Origin: Prochlorococcus sp. AG-402-I20
GTDB taxonomy: Bacteria > Cyanobacteriota > Cyanobacteriia > PCC-6307 > Cyanobiaceae
Length of the DNA stretch: 64,000 bases
Direction of reading: 5' to 3'
Assembly (NCBI GenBank): GCA_003216975.1
Contig: QCHY01000006.1
Location: 13,972 to 77,971, forward strand
Shown here: positions 10,898 through 19,897 of the stretch, one piece after another
Position numbering within the stretch: position 1 is the first letter of the stretch
Layout: each line of letters starts with the position of its first letter
Translations under genes and position numbers: made by a program
The notes under the pieces: model-generated
The model's database searches: none
Told to the model about the DNA's origin: nothing
What the model saw: only the letters and a program-made list of their open reading frames with translations

Positions 10898-10915
10898 TTA
10901 TTTACTTTTTTAGAA

Positions 10916-11704
10916 ATGGCAGAGCTGTTAATCAAAAATAGTTCTGTTGGTTTTGTTAAGGCAATAATATTTGATAAGGATGGAACATTATCAAATAGTG
11001 AGCAACACTTATTAGAACTGGCAAAGACCAGAGTAGACTTTGCAGTTAATAAATTTAAAAAATTAAAAATAAACAATTTTAAAATTTTTTTATTAAGAAA
11101 ATTACTTAATTATATTTATGGATTAAAAAATCAAGCTCTTTCAGCTAATGCATGTCTAGCTATAGCTTCGAAAGAGCAAAATATAATATCTACAGCAACA
11201 ATATTCACTTTATTTGGTATTGATTGGTCCAAATCACTTTCAATAAGTCAATCAATCTTCGATGAAGTAGATATTTTCCATTCTAATAATCTAGACAATA
11301 TACAAAGAAAAAGGACTTTAATTTCAGGGGCATTTGATCTATTAGTTACTCTAAAAAACAATGGAGTGAGTATTGCATTAATGACAAATGATACACAAGC
11401 AGGAATAGAAGAATTTATTTACAGCAATAAATTGGAAGGTCTATTTGATTATCTTTGGAGTGCTGAGAATAAACCGTCAAAACCTAACCCACAAGCAGTT
11501 ATAGAACTTTGCAAAAGAATGAAGATAAATCCTTCAGAATGCGCACTCATTTCAGATGCAGATACTGATTTAAAAATGGCCAAAAAAGCTGATGTACCAA
11601 TAATAATAGGCTTTACTGGTGGATGGAAAAATCCTCCCAGTCTTACTGAAAAACAATTCATTATCGAAAAATTAAATGAATTAAATATTCAGATAAACAC
11701 CTAA
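10916..11704 (+). CDS. HAD-superfamily hydrolase (phosphoglycolate phosphatase-like)
   Basis: IFDKDGTL motif I, MTND motif II, KPNP and ISDADTD motifs III/IV. Confidence 0.85.
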   Translation: MAELLIKNSSVGFVKAIIFDKDGTLSNSEQHLLELAKTRVDFAVNKFKKLKINNFKIFLLRKLLNYIYGLKNQALSANACLAIASKEQNIISTATIFTLFGIDWSKSLSISQSIFDEVDIFHSNNLDNIQRKRTLISGAFDLLVTLKNNGVSIALMTNDTQAGIEEFIYSNKLEGLFDYLWSAENKPSKPNPQAVIELCKRMKINPSECALISDADTDLKMAKKADVPIIIGFTGGWKNPPSLTEKQFIIEKLNELNIQINT

Positions 11705-11728
11705 AGTAGTATTCAATTCAGATTTCCA

Positions 11729-12958
11729 ATGAGTAGATACGTTTTTACCTCTGAATCGGTAACCGAAGGACATCCTGATAAAATTTGCGATCAAATAAGT
11801 GATGCTGTCTTAGATGCTCTCTTAACTAAAGATCCAACAAGTAGAGTTGCTTGTGAGGCAGTAGTAAATACTGGCTTATGCCTAATAACTGGAGAAATAA
11901 CTTCTAAAGCGGAGGTTGATTTCAATAAGCTTGTTAGAGAAGTCATCAAAAGCATTGGCTATGAAAGTGCAAGTGCTGGTGGATTTGATGCGAATAGTTG
12001 CGCAGTCTTAGTTGCACTTGACCAACAGTCTTCAGATATTGCTCAAGGGGTAGATGAAGCTGAAGATCATTCAACAGATCCATTAGATCAAGTTGGCGCT
12101 GGTGATCAAGGAATTATGTTTGGTTTTGCTTGTGACGAGACTCCTGAACTTATGCCATTGCCAATTAGTCTCGCTCACCGTTTAGCAAGACAGTTGGCAT
12201 CAGTTAGGCATCAAAAATTAATTGATTATCTTTTACCTGATGGAAAAACCCAAGTAAGTGTTTCATACGAAAATGGAATCCCCTGTTCCATAGACACAAT
12301 ACTAATTTCTACTCAGCACAAATCAGAAGTCGATGGAATAACTCTTGAAGATGAAATCCAAAAAAGAATTGCAAAAGACCTATGGAAATTAGTTGTTCAA
12401 CCAGCCACACAGGATTTAGCTTTAAAACCTTCAATAGAAACTACACGTTTTCTAGTAAATCCAACTGGGAAATTTGTCATTGGTGGACCGCAAGGAGATG
12501 CTGGACTCACAGGTCGAAAAATAATTGTAGACACATATGGTGGATATGCTCGCCATGGGGGTGGGGCTTTCTCTGGGAAGGATCCCACAAAAGTTGATCG
12601 ATCAGCCGCTTATGCAGCAAGATTTGTCGCGAAGGCCTTGGTTGCAGCAAATCTTGCAAAAAAAGTTGAAGTCCAACTAAGTTATGCAATTGGTGTAGCC
12701 AAGCCAGTATCAATACTTGTTGAGTCTTATGGCACCGGTAGAGTTTCAGACGCTGCACTCACTCAAATTGTTCAAGAACACTTTGATTTAAGGCCAGGCG
12801 CAATTATTGAATCTTTTAACCTGCAAGAACTTCCTATGCTAAGAGGAGGACGTTTTTATAGAGATATTGCAGCTTATGGTCATTTTGGAAGAACTGATAT
12901 TGCTCTTCCATGGGAAGATGTATCTAAAAAAGCAAAAGATCTAAGTTTGCTTATATAA
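11729..12958 (+). CDS. metK: S-adenosylmethionine synthetase
   Basis: [42 protein letters not shown]. Confidence 0.98.
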   Translation: MSRYVFTSESVTEGHPDKICDQISDAVLDALLTKDPTSRVACEAVVNTGLCLITGEITSKAEVDFNKLVREVIKSIGYESASAGGFDANSCAVLVALDQQSSDIAQGVDEAEDHSTDPLDQVGAGDQGIMFGFACDETPELMPLPISLAHRLARQLASVRHQKLIDYLLPDGKTQVSVSYENGIPCSIDTILISTQHKSEVDGITLEDEIQKRIAKDLWKLVVQPATQDLALKPSIETTRFLVNPTGKFVIGGPQGDAGLTGRKIIVDTYGGYARHGGGAFSGKDPTKVDRSAAYAARFVAKALVAANLAKKVEVQLSYAIGVAKPVSILVESYGTGRVSDAALTQIVQEHFDLRPGAIIESFNLQELPMLRGGRFYRDIAAYGHFGRTDIALPWEDVSKKAKDLSLLI

Positions 12959-12977
12959 AAAGGTTTTAGTCAAAAAA

Positions 12978-14213
12978 ATGTTAAATAATTCTCTTGTACT
13001 TGGTGTTGATTTTGGGACATCGGGCGTAAGAATAGCAATCATTAATACTAAAAAAAAATTACTATTTACATCATCAAAAACATACTCTAAAGGTCTTGAG
13101 ATATCTGAAGACTGGATCAATTGCCTCAAAAATATTATAAACGAAATTCCAAAAAATCTAAAAGAGAAATTGGTTTCTTGTTCAGTAGCGGGGACATCTG
13201 GAACACTTCTAGCATGCAAAAAGAATGGCGAACCTCTTGGGAAAGCTCTACCTTATTTCTTATCTTTTGCGGAATATTCATATGAGATTAAAAAGCTATT
13301 TACAAAAGAATGTGCCGGCTCAAGCATCAGTGGAAGTGTTAGCAGAGCACTTAAACTTGTAGACTTATATGGTAATGAAATAATCTTAAGGCACCAAGCA
13401 GATTGGATTAGTGGATGGCTTATCAATAATTGGGAGTTTGGTGAAGAAGGTAACAATATTAGGATGGGTTGGGGAATATCAAATAATTCATGGCCAAAAA
13501 ATTTTCAGAATTTAAAATGGTTCAAATGTCTTCCTAAAATACTTCCTTCAGGCCATATAATGGGAAATATATGTAATAAAAAAGCCCATGATTTAGGTTT
13601 GCCAAAAAATCTTAAAGTAATTGCAGGAACTACAGATTCTAATGCTGGTGTTTTAGCCACTTTTCCTAATAAAGATGATGGGATAACAATTCTGGGCAGC
13701 ACAATAGTGATAAAGAAGTTTGTTGATAAGACCCTTTCAGGGAAGGGCATCTCGAATCATAAATTATTAGGGAATTGGCTATCTGGTGGGGCATCTAATG
13801 CAGGAGCTGCAATACTACTAGAATTCTTTAATCTTGAATATATTGAAGAATTAAGCAAACAAATAAATCCTAATAAATCAACAGGATTAAATCTTCTTCC
13901 ATTATCAAGTCAAGGAGAAAGATTTCCAATAGATGACCCAAATTTACAACCTAAACTTGATCCAAGACCAGTCAGTGATTCTCTTTATCTTCATGCATTA
14001 TTTGAAGGATTAGCGAAAATAGAAGCAAGAGGTTGGCAAAAACTTAATGAATTAGGTGCTGATTTACCTAAGCAAATAATTACTGTTGGAGGAGGTGCGA
14101 AAAATATTACGTGGAAAAAAATTAGAGAACGAGAAATCGGTATACCAATAAAAATATGCAATACCCCCCCCGCAGCAGGAGTAGCGAGAATTGCTTTGCA
14201 AGGATTATTATGA
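12978..14213 (+). CDS. FGGY-family carbohydrate kinase (ribulo/xylulokinase-like)
   Basis: GVDFGTSGVR, AGTTDSNA, TVGGGAKN motifs. Confidence 0.88.
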   Translation: MLNNSLVLGVDFGTSGVRIAIINTKKKLLFTSSKTYSKGLEISEDWINCLKNIINEIPKNLKEKLVSCSVAGTSGTLLACKKNGEPLGKALPYFLSFAEYSYEIKKLFTKECAGSSISGSVSRALKLVDLYGNEIILRHQADWISGWLINNWEFGEEGNNIRMGWGISNNSWPKNFQNLKWFKCLPKILPSGHIMGNICNKKAHDLGLPKNLKVIAGTTDSNAGVLATFPNKDDGITILGSTIVIKKFVDKTLSGKGISNHKLLGNWLSGGASNAGAAILLEFFNLEYIEELSKQINPNKSTGLNLLPLSSQGERFPIDDPNLQPKLDPRPVSDSLYLHALFEGLAKIEARGWQKLNELGADLPKQIITVGGGAKNITWKKIREREIGIPIKICNTPPAAGVARIALQGLL

Positions 14214-14311
14214 ATAAAGCATTAAACTCTTCGTAAAAATTTTAATCTCAATTTTTTAAAGTCCAACTAAATTATTAATTAATTTCTAAAGTCGCTAGCA
14301 AGAAAAATTTT

Positions 14312-14581
14312 ATGCCTTTCGAACCGATCACTAAAGAGTCAAGCATGAGAATATGTAATCATATGAACAAAGACCATGAGAGTGCAGTCAATGCATATGC
14401 AAAATATTATGGAAAAATCAAAACTTTCGAATCAGCAAAAATGATAAGCCTATCTCAAGAATCTATGCAGCTTAAAATTGATGACCAAACATTAGAAATA
14501 AAATTTGATCATATTCTTCAAGACTGTTCAGATGCACATAAAACATTGGTTAGGATGAGTAAATCTATTCCTGAGTCATGA
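14312..14581 (+). CDS. DUF2470-type small protein (HugZ/heme-utilisation C-terminal-like domain)
   Basis: RICNHMNKDHESAV motif and IKFDHIL...AHKTLVRM end. Confidence 0.8.
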   Translation: MPFEPITKESSMRICNHMNKDHESAVNAYAKYYGKIKTFESAKMISLSQESMQLKIDDQTLEIKFDHILQDCSDAHKTLVRMSKSIPES

Positions 14582-14725
14582 AAGTTACTTCCAAGAAAAT
14601 CATTAGAACATTAGCTTTCTAATGATTTCCAAATTGCCATTTCAATTAGACAAAAGAAAATTAAGGAGATTTCAATTTATTTTTCAATAAGGTACTTACG
14701 AATTGGTAGATTACTAGGGGATACA

Positions 14726-14801
14726 GCCGGGATAGCTCAGTTGGTAGAGCAGGCGACTGAAAATCGCCGTGTCCCCAGTTCAAATCTGGGTCCTGGCACC
14801 A
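14726..14801 (+). tRNA. tRNA-Phe(GAA), CCA encoded
   Basis: GCCGGGA acceptor, TAGCTCAGTTGGTAGAGC, anticodon loop CTGAAAA, GTTCAAATC, ends TCCTGGCACCA. Confidence 0.97.
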
Positions 14802-14806
14802 TTATT

Positions 14807-14830
14807 AACCACCTTAACTGGTGGTTTTTT
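14807..14830 (+). terminator. Intrinsic terminator after tRNA-Phe
   Basis: AACCACC-TTAACT-GGTGGTT followed by a T-run. Confidence 0.75.
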
Positions 14831-14942
14831 AATGCCTTGAGTGATACTTAATACCCCCTTCAAGGCAGTAGTACCAATGGTTATAGCAATATAAGTAGAG
14901 GATAACTCCTAAAGAGTACAGGACAATCTGGAAGATCTTTAA

Positions 14943-14967
14943 TGGTATGGAAGTGGTATGGAAGTTT
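14943..14967 (+). repeat. Tandem TGGTATGGAAG x2 (left end of cassette)
   Basis: TGGTATGGAAG TGGTATGGAAG TTT; matches 17536-17560 at 24/25. Confidence 0.85.
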
Positions 14968-15023
14968 CCCTATCAGATTAATGAATTATTACTGCCACGA
15001 TGTTCAATGAATAATCAGAATAT

Positions 15024-17210
15024 TCAGGTATTCATTTTAGAAACCCAGAACTGATACATTCCTCTGAAGGTATGTGGATGTTTCTCTTCAAATTTTTGCC
15101 AATTTTGTAAGTTCGTTTGTTCTTTATCTTCTGGGAAATATTGCTTGTAGAGAGATTTAACTATTTTTGGAAGTAAGAATCCAAGAAACTCTAATTTATT
15201 AGATTTAAGAGTTTCTTGTAGTTGGTTAATTGTGAATCTATGTTCTTGTGGGTGAAAGCATAGATCACGGCAGGAAGAAAGTGTATAGAAATCACCACTG
15301 TTTAATAGAGAGTTTAGCTCTGGTATTTTTCCCGAGAATACAGTCTCTCTGAAATCACGAATGTTATCTTTGCTTGGTTGAAGTTTTTGACTGGCAATAT
15401 AATGCCTTGCTTTAATAATATGTTGTCTTGCTAGTTCGCTATATAAACCTAGATGAAGAAATCCATTAGGTTTTAAAATATTTAATAATGCTTTCAATCC
15501 TTTTAAAGGATTCTCCATATGGTGTAAAACACCACTAGATTCAATAATGTCAAATTGTTCTTCTAGTAATCTAACTTCTAAGATATCCATTTGAATTAGT
15601 TCAACATTATTAATCTCAAATTCATTTATCTTTCTTTGAGCATAAGCAAGACTAGATGAACTTAAGTCTATACCAATAATCTGACTATTCTTATAATTTT
15701 GTGTATATAAAATATGCTGACCTGTTCCACAACCAGCAACAAGAATTTTTAATTGCTTATCACCTAGAGTTTGACTTATATTATTTGGGTAGATTTCATT
15801 ATTAATTCCTTGCACAATAGATATCTTTTCTTTTTCTGAATGATTAGCATATCTCCATCTAGGATATGGATTTTCTTCATATTGAGATTTTACTTTTTTA
15901 GAAATATTGTTATTAATCAACCCTAGTTTTTTAATATTATGGGATAATTCAATTTCTTTTAGAGGTTCCTTTATTTGATAGTTTATTAGTTCTTTAAAAT
16001 TTTCATTAGAAGAATTAAAAGATTTTAAAGATGGTATTAGATCAAGAAGTTTATATAGTGGGAAATAACAAGATAAAATTGCAATATATGATTCATTGCA
16101 TTCCCCATCTGTACATTTCTTTATAATATTATCAATTGAAATATTTTCTTCTTCAGTAAATGAATAAACATATTCATTTAAGAAGCATTGCTCTCCTAAA
16201 GCAATAATAAAGTGTAATTCTGAGCGATTAATAATCTCTATATTGTAAGCGATACGAATGCATATATGCCTCCTTACGTTGGTTAATAGTATCTCTAATT
16301 TATGATCACAAAAGATAATTTTTTTAAGTGCATTAATTATAACTTTATCATTGATAAGCAATTCTATTTGTGAGAAGTTTGAATCAAGTTTCTCTAAATT
16401 ACTGATTATCTTATTTCTATATACAAAGTTAAATGCTCTCCTTAATTCTTTATGAGGGACATCATTTTTCTCTAGCAGAATATTTAATATGTTTTTCAAT
16501 TTTGAGTTGTTTAATTCAGCTAGATCCGAATATCTTAAAAAATAAGTGATTGCTTGGTAAACATTGGAATGTGTTGGATTGATCCGAATCACTTTCAAAT
16601 AAGCATCAAATGCTTCTTGTGATTTTCCAAGATCTATCAATATATTTCCAAGATTGTAATGAGCATCTGCGAAATCAGGTTTCAGTGCAATTGCTTTGCG
16701 AGTAGATACTTCTGCTTTTTTTAAATTCCCAATATCTCTCAATATATTTCCAAGATTGTAATGAGCATCTGCGTAATCAGGTTTCAATTCAATTGCTTTG
16801 CGAGTAGATACTTCTGCTTTTTTTAAATTCCCAATATCTCTCAATATATTTCCCAGGTTGTAATGAGCATTTGCGTAATCAGGTTTCAATTCAATTGCTT
16901 TGCGAGTAGATACTTCTGCTTCTTTTAAGTTGCCAACATCTTTTAATATGACTCCATAATTAGATAAAACTCTGTGATCATTGAAACCTTGCTTTATACA
17001 ATACTGATAATATTTGGTTGCTTCTGGAATATTTCCTTTTAGATGAAACTGAATTGCTTGATTGATTATTTGTTCTTTAGAAGGTTTAGAAGGAGTATTG
17101 GTAGTAATAGTTATGTTTCCTTTGATTTCTCCTAAAGCAAATGGCACTGGGAATGTTTTTAAATCAGTAATTTTCTTCTTTTTTTCTTCTTCTTGACCAT
17201 AACTATCCAT
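15024..17210 (-). CDS. TPR-repeat protein with C-terminal class I SAM-dependent methyltransferase domain
   Basis: 34-aa TPR units (AHYNLGNILRDIGNLKKAEVSTRKAIELKPDY); ILVAGCGTGQH, IDLS, FDIIESSGVLHH methyltransferase motifs. Confidence 0.88.
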   Translation of the reverse strand: MDSYGQEEEKKKKITDLKTFPVPFALGEIKGNITITTNTPSKPSKEQIINQAIQFHLKGNIPEATKYYQYCIKQGFNDHRVLSNYGVILKDVGNLKEAEVSTRKAIELKPDYANAHYNLGNILRDIGNLKKAEVSTRKAIELKPDYADAHYNLGNILRDIGNLKKAEVSTRKAIALKPDFADAHYNLGNILIDLGKSQEAFDAYLKVIRINPTHSNVYQAITYFLRYSDLAELNNSKLKNILNILLEKNDVPHKELRRAFNFVYRNKIISNLEKLDSNFSQIELLINDKVIINALKKIIFCDHKLEILLTNVRRHICIRIAYNIEIINRSELHFIIALGEQCFLNEYVYSFTEEENISIDNIIKKCTDGECNESYIAILSCYFPLYKLLDLIPSLKSFNSSNENFKELINYQIKEPLKEIELSHNIKKLGLINNNISKKVKSQYEENPYPRWRYANHSEKEKISIVQGINNEIYPNNISQTLGDKQLKILVAGCGTGQHILYTQNYKNSQIIGIDLSSSSLAYAQRKINEFEINNVELIQMDILEVRLLEEQFDIIESSGVLHHMENPLKGLKALLNILKPNGFLHLGLYSELARQHIIKARHYIASQKLQPSKDNIRDFRETVFSGKIPELNSLLNSGDFYTLSSCRDLCFHPQEHRFTINQLQETLKSNKLEFLGFLLPKIVKSLYKQYFPEDKEQTNLQNWQKFEEKHPHTFRGMYQFWVSKMNT
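16638..16920. repeat. 102-bp near-identical tandem repeat (about 2.8 units) encoding TPRs
   Basis: CAATATATTTCC recurs at 16638, 16740 and 16842 with almost identical intervening sequence. Confidence 0.92.
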
Positions 17211-17476
17211 CTTCTCTTATCTTTTCTCTCTTTTAGTTCTTCCGATTTTACTACTAAAGCAAAGCGGATACTTGAAATTGGTTGTTTCCCGAAGTTGCTT
17301 AAAGATCTATTGACCTGAACGCTTCTGCATAAATTCCAATGCAATTGATTTGACTGCTTGCTTCTCCTTGAATAATCCTCTTTGGCAAATCTTTTTCTCA
17401 ACATTACTTATGAATGATCAGGAATACGATCCACTTATCAACTCTTCTGGAACTTCTGAAGTGACTAAGTCCCCAG

Positions 17477-17560
17477 AACTTCCATACCAATGACTCATGA
17501 ATAAGAAACAAAAAACAACTCCTACAGAAATGTACTGGTATGGAAATGGTATGGAAGTTT
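17477..17560. repeat. Right-end copies of the TGGTATGGAAG motif (one inverted at 17477-17489, two direct at 17536-17557)
   Basis: AACTTCCATACCA (reverse complement TGGTATGGAAGTT) and TGGTATGGAAA TGGTATGGAAG TTT. Confidence 0.85.
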
Positions 17561-17636
17561 TTTTAAAGGCACCATATTTAGACATTTGCCTTTGGTCACC
17601 AAGCATAAATAGTGTTTTTTCATTATTTTTTTTAGT

Positions 17637-17665
17637 TGTCCCCAGTTCAAATTTGGGTCCTGGCA
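17637..17665 (+). repeat. attR-like duplicate of the tRNA-Phe 3' end
   Basis: TGTCCCCAGTTCAAATTTGGGTCCTGGCA vs TGTCCCCAGTTCAAATCTGGGTCCTGGCA (28/29 identical). Confidence 0.93.
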
Positions 17666-17935
17666 GCATTCAAATAGGAACATTTGAAGCATGAAAAAAG
17701 CACCTTGTTGGAAATACTTTTTTAATACTTATAAAAGTGTTAGTAATTCTTTGAATATTATTAGTTAGCCACTTAGCCACCATTTCTTTGGAACTGCTAT
17801 GCCTTTAAGTCGTGAGTGCCTAAGTAGACCAATCCTAAATTATTACAAAACTGCATAAGAGTTGATACTAGAAGCTCAAAAATCAAAAGATCATTTCAAT
17901 TTTGAGCTACCATAAATGAAATTAGTTGTTAAGAG

Positions 17936-18103
17936 ATGATGAACCTTTTACTAGGAGTTCAAAGTACATTTGATCTATCTAAAGTAGATTTCTCCTCAGG
18001 CCTAGGTATAAATTCACCGGATCTTGCTGGCATAAATTTTTTAATGGTTATTTTTGCAGGGGTTTTAGCTTTGAGACTTGGAACAACTCTTAGAGACTCT
18101 TAG
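17936..18103 (+). CDS. PsaM-like small membrane protein, 55 aa (not in ORF track)
   Basis: Manual translation MMNLLLGVQSTFDLSKVDFSSGLGINSPDLAGINFLMVIFAGVLALRLGTTLRDS; C-terminal AGVLALRLG resembles photosystem I subunit XII. Confidence 0.65.
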   Translation: MMNLLLGVQSTFDLSKVDFSSGLGINSPDLAGINFLMVIFAGVLALRLGTTLRDS

Positions 18104-18501
18104 TTTCCAAAAGAATAAAAGTTAAATTTTTAAAGTTGATATTCTTAAAGAATAAATAATGATTTTCTTAAACCATTAATAAGATTAGATAATCTAATTT
18201 CGATTTCTTCGAAAGAAGTTCACAATAAAAATGAAGACAATTATAAGTAAGACTAAAAGATCGTTAATATCTGGCAAAATCAATAGCTGATAATCAAATA
18301 TATTTTAAACAATAATCTTAAGTTTTGTTGGTTTTCATATCATTTATCTCCAAATGCATTAGTTAGCTTATAAAGCAGAAACCATACTGCGATAGGCTTG
18401 ATCGACTAAAATAAATAATGATTAACTAAATTACAAAGACTGGGTGATTTTTAATATGCCATTAAGCAAGTAAAATACCTTAAAAGTTTGATTCTTTTCT
18501 A

Positions 18502-18732
18502 ATGAATTTAGAGGCATCTAGTGAAAATTTATATAATAATGCTGATAGTTTTGCAATGGCATTTGATGCAGCCTGGAAGGATTGTGATATAGGAAAAAAT
18601 AAAAATATAAAAATAGATGAAAAGATTGAAATAGCCTTTGAAAAGATCAAAAATCACCCTTTTCTAATTTCAAATCCAATCCAATCAAAAAATGTTGCTC
18701 TCTTCAGAATAAAATTATTAGGACTATCCTAA
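18502..18732 (+). CDS. Small hypothetical protein
   Basis: 76-aa ATG-initiated ORF filling the gap; protein-like composition (LYNNADSFAMAFDAAW, KIKNHPFL). Confidence 0.6.
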   Translation: MNLEASSENLYNNADSFAMAFDAAWKDCDIGKNKNIKIDEKIEIAFEKIKNHPFLISNPIQSKNVALFRIKLLGLS

Positions 18733-18765
18733 GTTTTAATAATCAGAAGGAATCAAAACCTTTCT

Positions 18766-19812
18766 TCAAAAAGTATTTTTAAAATAATCCAAGTACCATT
18801 CAGAAAACAATTTAATACCATTCTCTATAGATGTTGTAGGTTTATATTCTACCCATGAATTAAGCAAGTCCATCCTTGCAGCAGTTGAAACTACATCTCC
18901 TGGCTGCATAGGTTGAAAATTCTTTATAGCTTTCCTTCCTAAATTCTTCTCTAATAACTCTATAAAATATATGAGTTGAGTGGGATGTGAATTACCTATA
19001 TTAAAAATCCGATAAGGTGCGGATGAAGTTGAAGGGTTAGGAAGAAGAGGATTAAATTTTTCATCAATACTTGCTTTCTTGAAGCAACAACGAATTATAC
19101 CCTCTACCACATCATCGATGTAAGTAAAATCCCTCTGCATTTTACCGTGATTAAATACTTGGATTGGCTCATTATTTAATATTGATCTCGCAAAAATCAT
19201 TGGAGCCATATCTGGTCTTCCCCATGGTCCATAAACGGTAAAGAATCGAAGCCCAGTTGTTGGCAAGTCATATAAATGGCTATAAGTATGGGCCATTAAT
19301 TCATTAGATTTCTTAGTTGCCGCATACAAGCTAACTGGATGATTTACTGCTTGTTCTTCATAGAAAGGAAGATTTTGATTACCACCATAAACAGAACTGC
19401 TTGATGCATAAATCAAATGAGGAATCTTATTCTGCCTACACCCTTCAAGTACATTTGCAAAACCTACCAAATTACTTTGTATGTATGTAGCAGGATTAGT
19501 TATTGAATAACGAACACCAGCTTGCGCAGCAAGATGAACAAAAACTTGTGGATTATATCTATTAATAATGTCTTGCAATACTTTATTATCTTCTATAGGA
19601 ATCTCATAAAAAAACCATTCTCCATTTTTCTCGGCAACTTTCCCAATTTCAGTTAATCTAGATCTCTTTAAGGCAGTAGAATAATAATCATTTAAGTTAT
19701 CAATACCTATAACTTTGAAATCTAAATTAAGAAGAGCTTTTACTAAAGCAGCACCAATAAAACCTGCGGCACCTGTTACAAGAATTGCCTCCTTACTTAC
19801 CTTTTTATTCAT
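18766..19812 (-). CDS. NAD-dependent epimerase, UDP-glucuronate 4-epimerase-like
   Basis: VTGAAGFIG, HLAAQAGVRYS, YAATKKSNE, GRPDMA, MQPGDV motifs. Confidence 0.9.
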   Translation of the reverse strand: MNKKVSKEAILVTGAAGFIGAALVKALLNLDFKVIGIDNLNDYYSTALKRSRLTEIGKVAEKNGEWFFYEIPIEDNKVLQDIINRYNPQVFVHLAAQAGVRYSITNPATYIQSNLVGFANVLEGCRQNKIPHLIYASSSSVYGGNQNLPFYEEQAVNHPVSLYAATKKSNELMAHTYSHLYDLPTTGLRFFTVYGPWGRPDMAPMIFARSILNNEPIQVFNHGKMQRDFTYIDDVVEGIIRCCFKKASIDEKFNPLLPNPSTSSAPYRIFNIGNSHPTQLIYFIELLEKNLGRKAIKNFQPMQPGDVVSTAARMDLLNSWVEYKPTTSIENGIKLFSEWYLDYFKNTF

Positions 19813-19897
19813 GAGTTATTACAATTTCCAAAAAATAAATAATTTCAATATAATAATAGCATCATATTGATTAACTTTATAAATTAAAAATAGTTAA

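Larger units (their letters stand above)
14770..17665. mobile_element. Integrase-less integrative cassette / island remnant inserted in tRNA-Phe
   Basis: 29-bp direct repeat of the tRNA 3' end at 14770-14798 and 17637-17665; repeated 11-mers at both inner ends; single cargo gene; no recombinase ORF seen. Confidence 0.8.

Noticed and set aside
17159-17404. 81-aa basic ORF upstream of the TPR gene as a possible excisionase or integrase remnant
   Set aside because: No HTH or catalytic R-H-R-Y motif; the Lys-rich end is an alternative frame of the TPR start.
14943-17560. Repeats as a CRISPR array
   Set aside because: Units are 11 bp, adjacent without spacers, and there are no cas genes.
17418-17694. 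Overlapping ORFs 17418-17669 (-) and 17497-17694 (+)
   Set aside because: They run through the att repeat and arm motifs and have no recognisable domain; better explained as non-coding recombination sites.
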